64,000 nucleotides of DNA from Selaginella moellendorffii (Eukaryota; Plantae; Lycopodiophyta): positions 26,226-90,225 of the forward strand of contig NW_003314440.1 of NCBI RefSeq assembly GCF_000143415.4, in the 5' to 3' direction. This document shows, piece by piece, positions 50,517-64,000 of the stretch. Position numbers and translations under genes: made by a program. The first letter of the stretch is position 1. Every line of letters starts with the position of its first letter. The notes beneath the pieces were generated by a model, which worked only from the letters and a program-made list of their open reading frames with translations, was not told the origin of the DNA and searched no databases.

Positions 50517-52088
50517 TTATTCCAAAACTCGGGTTTCGGAGCTAAGCACTGCCTTCCATGCCACTTCGCTCGGCTCGAATGGCATTGTTTGTAGCAATTG
50601 TTCCGCGTTAGACCGTTGCCCGGCACGCCCCAACGTGTCGAGCATGCAGCAGTAGTGATAGTGGGACGGGTCAGTGCTATGGTCACTTTGCATCGACAGG
50701 AACAACGAGAGCCCCCGATGCACAAGGCCGAGGTGATTGCATGCGTTGAGAAGCCCCAGGAATGCAATGTCCATCTGTGTGCCGGGGTTTCCTTCCAAGA
50801 TCGCTTGATGCAAGAGCCCAAACGCCCGGTTGCTCTCTCCGTTCCTGGCAAACACTGAAATGGCTATGTCCCATGAGACTGAGTCCTTCTCCGTGATGCA
50901 CTCGAACCAGGAGCTCACTGATTCCAGATGCCCGTTTTGGGCATAAACTGCGAGCAGCGAGTTTTGAGAAACACAGTCCCATGCCGGCATTCTGTCGAAG
51001 ACGTGCTTGGCCATGCCAGCGTCCGTGGCAAGCCCTGACAGAGCAACGTTCCAAGAAACAATGTTGCGCTCTGGCATCTCGTCAAACAGCTGCTTCACCA
51101 TTGTCTTGTCCCGTGATCGTCCATACACTGCAAGCATGCTTGTCCATGACGTGACATCCCGCTTTGGCATCGCTACAAACACCTGGCTTGCCGCTTGTGG
51201 GCTAAGATGATCCGAAGCCAGGATGGAATTCCACGCCGAAATGCTTTCCTGTGGCATCCGGAACAAGAGTGCGTAAGCGAGTTGCAGATACCCACCCTGG
51301 GCATTGGTAGCAATCAACAGGTTCCATGATACCACGTTGCGGCATGGCATGGTGGTAAAGAAAACAGTGTTCGCTTTGGTCACCTCCCCGGCTTCCGCGT
51401 AGAGTTGGATAAGAGCCGTCCACGAGACAACATCCGTGGCGGGCATGGCCAGGAAGAGCTGCTCAGCCGCGGCCAGATCACCAGCACGGGCAAGCGCTTG
51501 AAACATGAGGCCCCACAGCACGAGATTCCGCTCGCGCAACTTATCAAAGAGGATCTTTACTTCTGCAGAGGGTGCATGCTGCGCGTATGCCACGAACACT
51601 GTGCTCATGCACGCACTGTCGGGATCAGGCATGGAATCCATGGTAAACCGAGCGAGCTCGATATGACCGGTGGTGGCATATGCTAGTATTGCAGCATTCC
51701 AGGCAGCGGGGCTTCGCTGCGGGATCTTGGCAAACACATCCGCCGCTTGCGACACCATCTTGCTCTCTGCAAGCCCATACAGCATTGCATTCCACGATGC
51801 AAAGTCTCGCTGCAGCATGCCATCAAAGATATCGCGTGCCTCTCTATGTTGCCCTTTGCGGGCATATGCACCCAAAACACTTGTCCACGACACGGTGTTG
51901 TGCTGCGGCATCTTGGCGAGCGCGATAGCTGCGGCATCCGCCTGCTGGGCGTAGGCGGACAAGAGTGCGTTCCAGGATATCGCATCCTTGTCTAACATTC
52001 GATCGAAAATCAGCTTTGCAGTGTCCGAGTGCCCTTGCCGGCCATATGCGCAGATCAGCGTCGTGCAATGGACCTTCTTATTCCACAT
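50517..52088 (-). CDS. PLS-class pentatricopeptide repeat protein (partial E domain, no DYW)
   Basis: Intronless ORF with repeated 31-35 aa motifs (FDRM..D.VSWN.LL..YAQ), ending HY.C.LD.LGRAG...MPFEP..VAW. Confidence 0.9.
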   Translation of the reverse strand: MWNKKVHCTTLICAYGRQGHSDTAKLIFDRMLDKDAISWNALLSAYAQQADAAAIALAKMPQHNTVSWTSVLGAYARKGQHREARDIFDGMLQRDFASWNAMLYGLAESKMVSQAADVFAKIPQRSPAAWNAAILAYATTGHIELARFTMDSMPDPDSACMSTVFVAYAQHAPSAEVKILFDKLRERNLVLWGLMFQALARAGDLAAAEQLFLAMPATDVVSWTALIQLYAEAGEVTKANTVFFTTMPCRNVVSWNLLIATNAQGGYLQLAYALLFRMPQESISAWNSILASDHLSPQAASQVFVAMPKRDVTSWTSMLAVYGRSRDKTMVKQLFDEMPERNIVSWNVALSGLATDAGMAKHVFDRMPAWDCVSQNSLLAVYAQNGHLESVSSWFECITEKDSVSWDIAISVFARNGESNRAFGLLHQAILEGNPGTQMDIAFLGLLNACNHLGLVHRGLSLFLSMQSDHSTDPSHYHYCCMLDTLGRAGQRSNAEQLLQTMPFEPSEVAWKAVLSSETRVLE

Positions 52089-52146
52089 TCACCGCGACTA
52101 AGTTTGCTGATACTCAACTCGTGATGTTACATGGTCAGTCAATCAA

Positions 52147-53296
52147 TCAGGATCCCTTGGTGGTGGTGGCTCCCGGCACCGATATAGTAGCGGCTTGATC
52201 GTCAACGTCGGGGCTCCTGGGCGTCACCTTGATCGTCTCGAGCGTGAAGTTGTGGTTCGTGTAGATGCAACAGTCGGCGGCGATTTTCATGGCCTTTCTA
52301 GCTGCGGACAAAGCAAAATCCTTTGTGAGACGGTCGATGCGGGCGCTACTATGGTTGCCTTACCGATCTTCTCGGCGTCCATGTCAGGGAGATCCATGAG
52401 AGCCCGAGCAGCAGCGGAGGCATACGAGCCTCCAGAGCCAATGCCTGGTTTGAAGCATCAAAACTGAGAGAGGAAAACAAAGAGAGGCTCTCGTACCCAC
52501 AATTCCATCATACGGCTCTAGAACATCTCCAGTGCCTGTGATCGTCAAGGATATCTCGGCATCCGCTACCACCATCAATGCCTGGATGAAACAATTGAGC
52601 ACAAGGACTTGCAAACGAGAACATGATTGAGTTTTCACTTACATCGAGCCTTCGAAGGAACTTGTCAGTTCTCCATGCTTTTGCAAGCTCCACCGCAGCC
52701 CGCGTTAGCTGCCATTGCTCACAAGATAAATTTTTTCAAGCTCTCGATCCACGAACAAAGTGCGGTACCTGGCCTGAGATCAAAACAAGCTTTCAGGGGA
52801 CAAACGGGACTTTTTTTCGTGAGACAGACCAGGGTGTTCTTCCAGCTTCGTCTCCAGCCTTTCAAACAGAGTGAAAGCATCAGCGGTGGCGCCTGCTCGA
52901 TCAATCAATCCATTGTCATGGCTATGTAAGCTCAATCAAGCAAAGCGCTACCTGCAAAGCCTCCGATCACATTCTCCCCAATCCTTCGGACCTTACGTAC
53001 GTTGGGCTTGAGTATCTCGGCGCCCATGGTGACTTGCCCGTCCCCGATTATCACCACCGAGTCATTCTTGCGGATGCAAAGAACCGTGGTCCCGATCATG
53101 CCCTTGTCCGAGTGTTGCATTCGCCTGGAGTGACAAGCTTAGAAGAAAGGAGAGAGAAGGAAACAAGTACCTGGCAACAAAAGAGAATGCTTCGCCAGCT
53201 CCTCCTGCTGGAGAAGAAGAGTGTAATTTAGAGCGATGGATGTAAGCGCGACTTACGCAAGTGGAGAGATGGCAGCCGCGCACGCGCGCGCGCCAT
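52147..53296 (-). CDS. hslV: ATP-dependent protease subunit HslV (ClpQ), probable organellar precursor; start uncertain
   Basis: [23 protein letters not shown]|[44 protein letters not shown] and [14 protein letters not shown] across short GT-AG introns. Confidence 0.93.
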
Positions 53297-53385
53297 TGTC
53301 ATCGCTCACACCCGAGCAGCCCTAACTAGGGCAAGCGATAGAAAAATATGGAGTCTTGAGAAGCGCGCGTTCTCTTTGCTCTTGG

Positions 53386-55335
53386 ATGGGATATCATCTG
53401 GTAGCAGCAGCAGCAGCAGCGCCATTGGTGCCATCGCTGGACAGGTTTGCCAGCTCCAAATCCATATGTGGGAGAGGCTTAAAATGTGGGAGGAGGAGAG
53501 TAGCGGCAGCAGCAGCAATGGTGGCTGCGCCGCCCCAGCCTCAAGTGGAGGAGGCGAGGCAGGGAGTGGAGCTGATGCAGCCCGAGTACTACACAATCGG
53601 GCACCTCCGCCACGTCCGAGCATACGGTGTCCACTTCAAGGAAGGGCCGGATGGAGTTGGAGTGTATGCTGCCAAAGACATGACCGACATTGAGAGGCCA
53701 AGGGTGGGTAAGTCTGGATTGCTTTCTGGGACATGAAACTCTGACCAAAGAACTTATCCATCCTTCTCTCTTCCTCCACAGGTTATACTCGAAGTACCCA
53801 TGGAGATACTTGTCACCGTGAGCAGCAATCTCCCTTGGATGTTCTTCCCGGATATTGTACCAATCGGTCACCCAGTGTTTGATGTTATCAACTCGACTGA
53901 TCCCGAGGTGAGTGCCAGGGAGTTACACGGTCTCTGTGGACTGAGAGTTTTTTCATTCCAGACTGACTACGATATCAGGCTGGGGTGCCTCCTGCTGCTG
54001 GCGCTCGAGCAAGACGGCAACTTCTGGAGGCTTTACGGAGACTATCTTCCAAATCAGGCAGAGAGCACGGACTTGCTTCTTGCAACCGAGGTAAGCTGGT
54101 TGTCAGATCTTCTCAAGGAAACCATGGTTTCTCTTTTGTCCCTCAGGAAGAACTTGACGCGCTACAAGATTCCGTGCTGTCTCAGTGCATCAAGGACGAG
54201 CAGGAGAAGATTCAGAAGAAATGGGAGGAGTGTTTTGTGAGTAGACTTGTAACATTTCCAGAGATCATAGCTGAGTTTTACTTCCTCGTGGCAGCATCCG
54301 GGGGCGCCTTTGAAGCTAAAACGCTTGGCCCGAGACAGCGACAGGTTCAAATGGGCCGTTGGCATGGCAAGGTCACGCTCGCACACACTCACCATGAAGA
54401 TCGGTTCTAAAGTCCAAGTTGCCAACATAATCTCCCCCTACGCTGGTAACACCACATACTTTGATGGTCATCGTAATTCTCGTTTGTTTTTCTTCTCTCG
54501 GTGTGCGTAGATATGCTAAATCACTCGTTTCAACCAACTTGTTCCTTGCGATGGCGAGCCTGCGATCGGGTGCTCGAAGTGGTGGTCAAGGCCGGGCAGA
54601 CGATTAGAGAGGGAGACGAGGTTAGTGTGTTTCTTTTTTCTCACACGCAGCTAAAAGTTCCGTGTATGAGCAGATGACGCTTGACTACTTGCCAAAGAAG
54701 CCGACGCGAGACTACATGCACCGGTTTGGCTTCTCTTCACCAGTGGTATAGACAACGCTCTACACAAACAACGATGACCAAAGTGGTTCTTTCTTTTGCA
54801 GAATCCTTGGAATGTTGTCCAGTTCAGTGGCTCGGTTTCCATCCACAGGGACTCATTCCTATCTGCGTTTGGGATCAGTGGGCTGGGGCCAAATTACTAC
54901 CTGAGAGGTATGCGCTGCTCTTTTCAAACCCGTGACAAGCATCTTTGCTGCTCGTCACAGGCACAGACGATCCCATGGCAGATGGAGCTGTTCTTGCAGC
55001 AGCTCGGATTCTCCCGATGTGGTCGGATGCGGATCTCCCGTTTCTGCCTAGCATGGAAAAGCGAGCCGTGAGGGAGCTACAGAAGGAATGCCGGCAGCTA
55101 CTGTCAGCATATCCAAGTAGCTACGAACAAGATGTGAAGCTCATGGGTAAGGAGTCTCTTCTTTCTTGGTTTTCGGTCTTCGCGTAGCTCACTTTTGGGC
55201 TTTCCAACAGCGGCAGCTGGAGAGGACAAGTCCGTGAGATGGAAGTCGGCATTGAAGTACAGGTCTGATGAGAAGCTGTTCTTGAGAAAGGTGGTGAGGA
55301 TCTTGGATGTCTACTTGTCCAGACTTTTGTATTGA
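53386..55335 (+). CDS. PTAC14: Plastid transcriptionally active 14 (SET/Rubisco-LSMT-like domain protein)
   Basis: VRAYGVHFKEGPDG.GVYA.KD, PWMFFPDIVPIGHP.FD.INSTDPE, FWRLYGDYLP and PYADMLNHS match pTAC14 as recalled. Transit-peptide-like N-terminus; many short introns. Confidence 0.88.
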
Positions 55336-57451
55336 GTTGGCTCCTCACGCCCCAAAGAATGCGAAACAGCATGAGAACCGTTACTACGCTCGAATGCTCC
55401 GCGACTGCTACAATAGCACGGATGATCCAGCGGACGTTATCCTGTGGAAAGGGAAGGGGATATTGGAGGAGATCAAGACGGCCGGGGTGGGATTGGATTC
55501 TTTCCTTGGGAATCACGTAGTGGACATGTACCTTCGTTGCGGTTGCTTGGAGGATGCGCGCCGGACAATGGATGAAATGCCATGCAGGGACGTCATTTTG
55601 TGGACCAACATGATTGCAGCATTTGCCCAGTCTGGGCAACACAGAAAAGCAGTTGGGATGCTTCACGAGATGCAGCTTGACGGCGTCATGCCCGACGGCT
55701 TCACATTCACCACGGTTGTCAATGCCTGCGCTGGAGGCAAGCGAGCCTTGCTGCTGCCCATAGGAAGGAGAATCCACGCTCGAATCCGAGACTGTGGCCT
55801 GGCCTCTCACGTCGTGATTGCCACAGCGTTGGTGAAGATGTACGCAGCACACGGATGTGTGGGAGAAGCAGTAGATGCGTTTGAAGCAATCGAGCTGCAA
55901 AAAAGGGACGTGGTGTCTTGGACTGGTATCATCACCGCATTTGCCGACAACGGGCATTCGCAGGAGGCGTTAAGCCTGTACCGGAGAATGCAGCTCGAGG
56001 GGATGGCGCCGGACAAGGTAACCTTTGTGGCGTTGCTCAATTCCCCCGAGTTAAGCCTCGCCCAAGGCCGCATGCTCCACTCGCACATTCTGGAGTTCGA
56101 TGGAGGCAGAGACCTCGTCATGGAGACCGCTGTCGTCAACATGTACGCCAAATGCGGCAGCCTGCAAGAAGCGCGAGCGGTGTTTGAGCGCATGGAGCAA
56201 CCAAACGTGGTAACCTGGACCTCCATCATCTCTGTCACCTCCCAGAGCGGCCATTCTCTCGAAGCGCTGCTGCTATACCGCCGGATGCTGCTGTCGGGTG
56301 CCAAGCCCAACGCCGTTACTCTCGCCACCGTCGCCTCGGCATGCGCTGCGGTGGCGGCGCTCGGCCAGGCACGCTTCTGCCACTCACACGTTCGCGAGGC
56401 CGGCGTTGCCGAAGACCCCGTCGTGCAAAACGCCCTGGTGAGCATGTATGGGAGATGTGGGGCTCTTGACCATGCTGCCGGCATCTTTTTCACGTCCAGC
56501 TCCGCCCCCGCTAACCTCGTCTCGTGGAACTCCATGCTCGCCGCATTTGCCCAGCAGGGCCATCCTGCCGCGCTGTGGCTCTTCTCACACATGCTCCTCG
56601 CAGGCATTTCGCCCGACGCCATCACCTTGACTAGCCTCCTCGCCACCTGCGCCCGCCACCCAGCGCTGCTGAAAACCGGCTGCTCCCTCTACGCGGCCAT
56701 GCTTCATGGCACCGACTTCGCCGTGCCAGTCTCCACTCAGCACTGCGGCTGCATTGTGGACTTGCTGGCTCGCTCCGGCTATCTCGGCTATGCGGAGCGT
56801 TTCATCACGAGCATGATGCCGTGCGCGCCAGACGACATAGTGTGGATGAGCCTGGTGGGTGCTTGCAGGAATTATGGTGACTGGGAGCGCGGGCGACGAG
56901 CTGCGCAGCGAGTTATGGAACTCAATCCGGCCTACGTCGGGGCCTACATCCTCATGTCCAACATGTACGCGGCGCAAGGGAGATGGGACGATGCTGCCGG
57001 TGTTAGAGAGCTCATGGCTCGTCGGGGCTTAGCCAAGGAAGCCGGGTGGAGCTCCATCGAGGTGAGGAACAAAGTCCATGTCTTCACTGCCAAGGATTGC
57101 TCGCATCCCAAGAGTGAAGCCATCTATGCGGAGCTCCACCGCCTGGCGCTGCTTCTCAAGGGCGCCGGTTACGTTCCAAACACGAGCCTCGTTCTGCAAG
57201 ACGTCGAGGAGGAGCTCAAGGAGCAGCTGCTCTTCTGCCACAGTGAAAAGCTGGCAATTGCTTTTGGGGTGGTCAGTAGTACTAAGCCCCGTAGCACGCT
57301 TCGGATCATCAAGAACCTTCGCATGTGTGGTGATTGCCACAATGCATTCAAGCTCCTGTCGAGCATCCTCGAAAGAGAGATTGTCGTCAGGGACACCAAG
57401 CGCTTCCACCACTTTTTACACGGCCGCTGCCACTGTGGAGATTACTGGTAA
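55307..57451 (+). CDS. PLS-class PPR protein with E/E+ and DYW deaminase domain (organellar C-to-U editing factor); true start may be downstream (~55393)
   Basis: PPR repeats, AGWSSIE, HSEKLAIAFG, KNLRMCGDCH and terminal CHCGDYW. Confidence 0.95.
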   Translation: MSTCPDFCIELAPHAPKNAKQHENRYYARMLRDCYNSTDDPADVILWKGKGILEEIKTAGVGLDSFLGNHVVDMYLRCGCLEDARRTMDEMPCRDVILWTNMIAAFAQSGQHRKAVGMLHEMQLDGVMPDGFTFTTVVNACAGGKRALLLPIGRRIHARIRDCGLASHVVIATALVKMYAAHGCVGEAVDAFEAIELQKRDVVSWTGIITAFADNGHSQEALSLYRRMQLEGMAPDKVTFVALLNSPELSLAQGRMLHSHILEFDGGRDLVMETAVVNMYAKCGSLQEARAVFERMEQPNVVTWTSIISVTSQSGHSLEALLLYRRMLLSGAKPNAVTLATVASACAAVAALGQARFCHSHVREAGVAEDPVVQNALVSMYGRCGALDHAAGIFFTSSSAPANLVSWNSMLAAFAQQGHPAALWLFSHMLLAGISPDAITLTSLLATCARHPALLKTGCSLYAAMLHGTDFAVPVSTQHCGCIVDLLARSGYLGYAERFITSMMPCAPDDIVWMSLVGACRNYGDWERGRRAAQRVMELNPAYVGAYILMSNMYAAQGRWDDAAGVRELMARRGLAKEAGWSSIEVRNKVHVFTAKDCSHPKSEAIYAELHRLALLLKGAGYVPNTSLVLQDVEEELKEQLLFCHSEKLAIAFGVVSSTKPRSTLRIIKNLRMCGDCHNAFKLLSSILEREIVVRDTKRFHHFLHGRCHCGDYW

Positions 57452-57899
57452 AATGTATAAAAAACATGGACGTTAACTTCTTGCTTTGGCAAATCACCCT
57501 CATAACCTCAGTCAACTCAAGTCGAGTCGCGCGCGAGCTGGCCGTTGAACGGCGCGCCGCCTACTTTGACCAACTACGGTAGGCCGTGCACCTCCGTAGC
57601 GTGCCGTGCTGTACACTCCAAGTACGGCGCAGAGAAGAACAATTCATTTCGGAGATTACTGCTAACACACACAAGTGATACAAGAGCAGCAAGCACATTA
57701 GATAGGTAACTCTCAAGGTACAAAAAAGGAGAAAAAAAAAGCAACCAGCCACTTTGGTGTCATACTAGCTAGCTTACCAACACCAGCATTGAGAATTAAG
57801 GATAAAAAGGAAGACCACCAGCGGCAGCTTGATGGACACCTGTTAAGAAGAAGATGATCCCACCCAGCTCTCTCTCTCTCTTCCAGTCTGGGGCACAGG

Positions 57900-59832
<1,933 letters not shown>

Positions 59833-60621
59833 ACGCTGCTCTTGCCTCCTCCTCGTTGGTGGTGGTGCTGCCGCTTATCCAGTCACTAGGAGGAGCTGCC
59901 CACGCACAAGATTTGCCATGCCATGTTAGCAAAATGGACATCCAGATCCAAGTATGCCACCAAAAACCCTACACCGAGCAGCAAGCAATGGAAGATAGCG
60001 AGAGGCAAGCACGCAAACAAGGAGAGGGTTAACCGCAAATCGCAAGGAAAGAGCGAGCGAGCGAAGAGAGAGAGAGAGAGAGAGAGAGACCTGAGACGAA
60101 CAAGCTCTTGGCGCCGCGCATCACATGTGTATTCTACCACACCTCCCATCCATGGCGGCCGCGCCCTCGCCCTCTGCCCTCGCCCTCCTCCGCCGCCGTC
60201 GTTACCTAGCAAGCGCCAAGATGAAGCCCCTCTCCCTCCTCACCCGCCATTCATCTCCATCCCGCCCCAGTCGCCGGAAATGGGAGGGGATCTCGCCAGA
60301 TCTCGCCCGCCACGACCTATCCCCTTGCGCGCCCTGTGATTAGAGAGGAGTGTGTGTGTGTGTGTGATGCGTGGGGCTTGGAGGAGAGAGGGGACGAGCG
60401 AGAGAGAGAGAGAGAGAGACAAGGGAAGGGAGAAAATAGGGGTCAATATGGTCGCACCCCTTCTTTCTTCCCACTGCCTTGCTAGCCTATCATGTTTCTC
60501 GCCATTTATGTGAATTTCTTTTTTTCCCTGGAATAGTTTTATTTCACTTGACGCTAGCGGTATATTTTCCATGCCACCGGTATATTCTCCTTGCAACCGA
60601 TATATTCTTATGACGGCTAAG

Positions 60622-61850
60622 CTAGCAGCAGTGCTGCCACGGGTGCTCGACGTTGACAATGACGTCCCTGACGGAGGCGAGTGGCCGCTGGTGCGGGATG
60701 GGCGAGAAGTGGAGCAGCTCCGCGGTCTTGCCGTCGCCGGGGACGATGTCGCCGGGCTCCACCGCCACGGGCTTGAATCGCTGCATCTCCAGCCCGTGGA
60801 GCGCCTTGGCCGGGTCGGGCCCGGGCGGCCTCGGCCTCGCGGGCTCCACCGGCGCGGGCAGCCGCCGCCAGTCCACAATGTTGAAGTCTGGCACGCCGCT
60901 GGAGCGGGCCTGGAGGAAGAGCTTGCGCAGAGTCTGCCGCCACCTGTGAAAGTTCTCAATCTTGAGCAGTGGCGGCATCAAAGTTTGGGAGAGCGCGAGC
61001 GAGATCGAGACGACGAACCTGGCCAAGTCATCCTCGTGCTTGAATTGTCTTCCGTAGAAGCTGTCCTCGTACTCCATGGTGAAGATGTCGTATTTGACGG
61101 CACTCCGGTTGGAGAAGGTCCTGCCGTGGGGTTTCACGCGGAAAAACTCGTCGCGCAGCTTCTCCTTGTCCCACGCCTCCTCCCTCTTGCACACGAGCTT
61201 GTACTCCTCGTACGCTCGCGCCACCTTGTTACACGCCAGAATCTCCTGTGCATGTACACACACACACATACGCAATACAATCGATCAGTATATAGATCCT
61301 ATATCGGTCGCTCGTGTTTGTAATTCCCAGAAACTCGATCGATCTATACCTTGTCCCTGCCTCGCCTCTTGTCGTGAATCTCCCGGATGAAGCCATCCAC
61401 GTCCTTGTTGAGCCGCTCCTCCTCCGGGGCGTAGTATGTGCACTCCCTCAACGGCTCCACCATGCACGACGTCTTGTAAACCGGATGCCTCTGGAAGCCG
61501 AAGGTGCGCGCCGCTATCCTCCGCTTGGACATGATATCCTGCAATGCAGCAACGTTAACGTTGTTGGGGGATCGATCACGATCGCGCACATTTGATCATT
61601 TTTTATCGCATTTGATCCCATGTCGAGAGAGAAAGCTATCGAACCTGGTCGCTCCCATTGTAGCTGCAGTAGTGGCAACGCTCCTTGTAGGTGCGCGGCT
61701 GCTCCGAAAAGGCCCACTTACCGCCACTCTTGCGAGGATCGCCAAAGTACGGCATTGGGGCATCTCACTGCTGCTGCGCCGGCCACCGACGACTGCGATT
61801 GCGACTGCGACGGCGACGGTGACGGCGGCACCAGAATGTCGCTTGGCCAT
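60622..61850 (-). CDS. Hypothetical protein (spliced; no recognisable domain)
   Basis: GC-rich ORFs 61344..61589 and 60622..61275 join by a GT-AG intron (...RGRDK|EILAC...). The N-terminal exon(s) are uncertain. Confidence 0.5.
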
Positions 61851-61931
61851 GTGTATGGACACTCGACAAGGTATATTTCTTCTTCCCGGGCTACGTGGCA
61901 GAGTGTGGCAAAGTTAGGGTTCTTGCGGGAG

Positions 61932-62795
61932 ATGGGGCTCACCAATTTCTACCAGCAGCTCGGATCCACCTCCTCCTCCTCCTCGCCGTCTCCATCTCCC
62001 TCGCCCTCGCCAGAGCCACACAAGGAGAGCGTGCCGGTCTTCCTCAACGTCTACGATCTCACCGCCTACAATGACTACGCCTACTGGTTTGGGCTGGGCA
62101 TCTTCCACAGCGGCGTCGAAGGTGAGTGTGTGTGAGAGTCGGCATTGTTCCAACGAGTGGGGCGTGGCAGTGCACGGCGTGGAGTATGCGTTCGGGGCTC
62201 ACGAGTTCCCAACCAGCGGCGTCTTCGAAGTGGAGCCGCGCAGATGCCCCGGTTTCATGTTCCGGACGAGCATCCGGCTGGGCAGCACCACCATGGGGCC
62301 GCTCCAGCTCCGGCAGTTCGTCGAGACCGTGGCTTCGCACTACAACGGTGACACTTACCACTTGCTGCTCAAGAACTGCAACCATTTCAGCGAAGACATC
62401 ACCATGCGCCTCGTCAAACACCCGATCCCGTCCTGGGTGAACCGCGTCGCCAGAATCGGTGAGTGCCTCGACCACCACGTCTTTACTCTTCTTTGGTTCT
62501 AAAGTTTCATCGTCTCCATTCACCAGGCTGGCTCTGCAGATGCTTCCTCCCAGAGTGCTTGCAGCTCACCGCCGCCCAACAGATCTGCGAGATCGAGGAG
62601 GAAGACAGTGCCCAAGGTGAGCGCGAGCGCGAGCTTACTTTCCTTTTACTCCTTTGCTCACACTTCCATGGCACCCGTGCAGAGGAAAACGGCGATAGCA
62701 CGGCTTGTAAACCAGCAAAAGACGACGAGCACTTGATGGTTTCAGAAGAGACCATCAAAGCCATGCTGCAACAAGAGCGTACAGCATTGATTTGA
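61932..62795 (+). CDS. DeSI/PPPDE (DUF862) thiol peptidase family protein
   Basis: VFLNVYDL, GIFHSGVE|VHGVEYAFG, Y.LL.KNCNHF and IPSWVNR. Confidence 0.92.
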
Positions 62796-63070
62796 TTCTT
62801 TCCTGCACAGTGCGTTGGCGATACTTTTTTTCGTTTCGCTGCCTCATGCACGGCATTTCCCCGCTCCGGGAGGGTGTGTTTAAGAAGTGGATGCCGAGAT
62901 GAGAGCTTAAATCGAATCAATCCATCAGCTACTTAGCAGCGGTTAAGCCTAAAGGCAGCAGCACAAGCAGCAGGGATGCTGGTTCTCCGTGGTTTGGAAA
63001 CACCATCCTTCGCTCGGAACTTTGGACCAGCCTCAGGTTTGCGTATCCATCCATCGGCTATGGCGCTTGA

Positions 63071-63526
63071 ATGTTCTTGGCAGGCAGCCATGGAGTGCCA
63101 AGGGGAACAATTCGAGATAAGAGCCTGTCATGGCGTCGGCGGATAAGATCAACGATTTGTTCCAGCAAGGAACACCAGGAACAACATAGCGAGGATGACG
63201 AGCTTCTTCGAGGGATGCAGGAAGACTTGAGACGCATGGATGCTCCAGCTAGTTTCCAAGCCGACCAGTCTTCGTCATTCACGGACAAGGATTCTCGCAT
63301 TCCATTGCGAGAGGTCGTGGACAAGGCCCTGATTGTGGACTTTTTCTTCATTGTGGTGGCACTGGGATGGCTTCTGGCTGGATTGGGCGAGAAAGCGGCA
63401 TTCAACTCGTCCACACTTCTCGATTCCTGGTACCCACTGTGGCCGTTACTCTTCCAGCCAGCGCTCGGTTTTTTCATGGCCGGCGTGCTCTTGTCGGTCG
63501 TCTTTCCACGCAAGGAGAACAAGTAG
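63071..63526 (+). CDS. Small conserved membrane protein, probably plastid-targeted
   Basis: Transit-peptide-like N-terminus and two hydrophobic segments (DFFFIVVALGWLLAG; WYPLWPLLFQPALGFFMAG). Confidence 0.65.
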   Translation: MFLAGSHGVPRGTIRDKSLSWRRRIRSTICSSKEHQEQHSEDDELLRGMQEDLRRMDAPASFQADQSSSFTDKDSRIPLREVVDKALIVDFFFIVVALGWLLAGLGEKAAFNSSTLLDSWYPLWPLLFQPALGFFMAGVLLSVVFPRKENK

Positions 63527-63584
63527 AGTTCCAGTTCTAGGGAAGGAATTTGTTTTTTAAGGTCAAAAGGAAGGGAACGCGATC

Positions 63585-64000
63585 ATGGAGGCGCCGGCTT
63601 CGTCCGACAGTGCCACCGAATTCAGCTTCTTTCAGGCATGAATGAAATCTTTTGTGTCTTGTCGTTGTTGTGATAGCAAGCGCTCCATCTCCAGGAGAAA
63701 GCTCCCGAGCCGGAACCCACAATTGACAACACCGAGTCTTCAAAGGCAATGCCGCCGCCAAAGCAGAGAAACAAGGTTCCGTTTGAGAAAGGCTTCAGCC
63801 AGATGGACTGGCTCAAGCTCACCCAGAGCCATCCAGATCTAGCAGGTTGGCCGTGCTCAAGCGCTCTCCTTCATGTCTATACCACTACTTCTTTGCGCAG
63901 GGCTCAAGGGGCGATCCAACAGGAGAATGATAGCTATGGAGGAAGTAAAGCAACACAGGAAGCAAGACGATGCATGGACAGTTCTACGCGGTCGGGTGTA
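63585..64000 (+). CDS. RLF: Cytochrome b5-like heme/steroid-binding domain protein (RLF-like), partial, runs off the window
   Basis: [25 protein letters not shown]|LKG.S.RR.I.MEEVKQH...[10 protein letters not shown]. Confidence 0.8.

Noticed and set aside
55121-57476. Long antisense/alternative-frame ORFs over PPR, LINE and other GC-rich genes
   Set aside because: These are shadow ORFs expected from GC-rich coding sequence, with no independent motifs.

Overview
Plant nuclear DNA, most likely a lycophyte such as Selaginella. This is inferred from very short (~45-60 nt) introns, extremely compact genes, PLS/DYW PPR genes and a nuclear hslV. About 1-49 kb is a nested, mostly decayed transposon block. 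It holds two copies of one chromodomain Ty3/Gypsy family, three to four other Gypsy remnants, a near-full-length L1-clade LINE with a TSD, a Penelope-like RT fragment, a 195-bp Cassandra-like solo LTR carrying 5S rRNA sequence, and a ~12.5-kb DNA-transposon-like unit at ~16.4-28.9 kb. About 49-64 kb is a dense host gene cluster: DnaJ, PPR, HslV, pTAC14, PPR-DYW, GSK3/Shaggy kinase, an unknown gene, DeSI/PPPDE, a small membrane protein and a partial RLF-like cytochrome b5. The strongest candidate for a new system is the 16.4-28.9 kb unit. It has a Sola-like (DUF7869-type) DDD transposase divergently paired with a multi-exon cargo gene that splices into ParB-like + degenerate beta-class DNA-methyltransferase-like + FCP1/HAD phosphatase domains. 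The whole unit is studded with about 25 copies of a 24-bp palindrome (AATGGCRTGNGGCCNCAYGCCATT), concentrated in its introns, spacer and ends. The second highlight is a pair of apparent spliceosomal introns interrupting conserved integrase motifs of a Gypsy retrotransposon. All domain calls are by eye from motifs; no searches were run.
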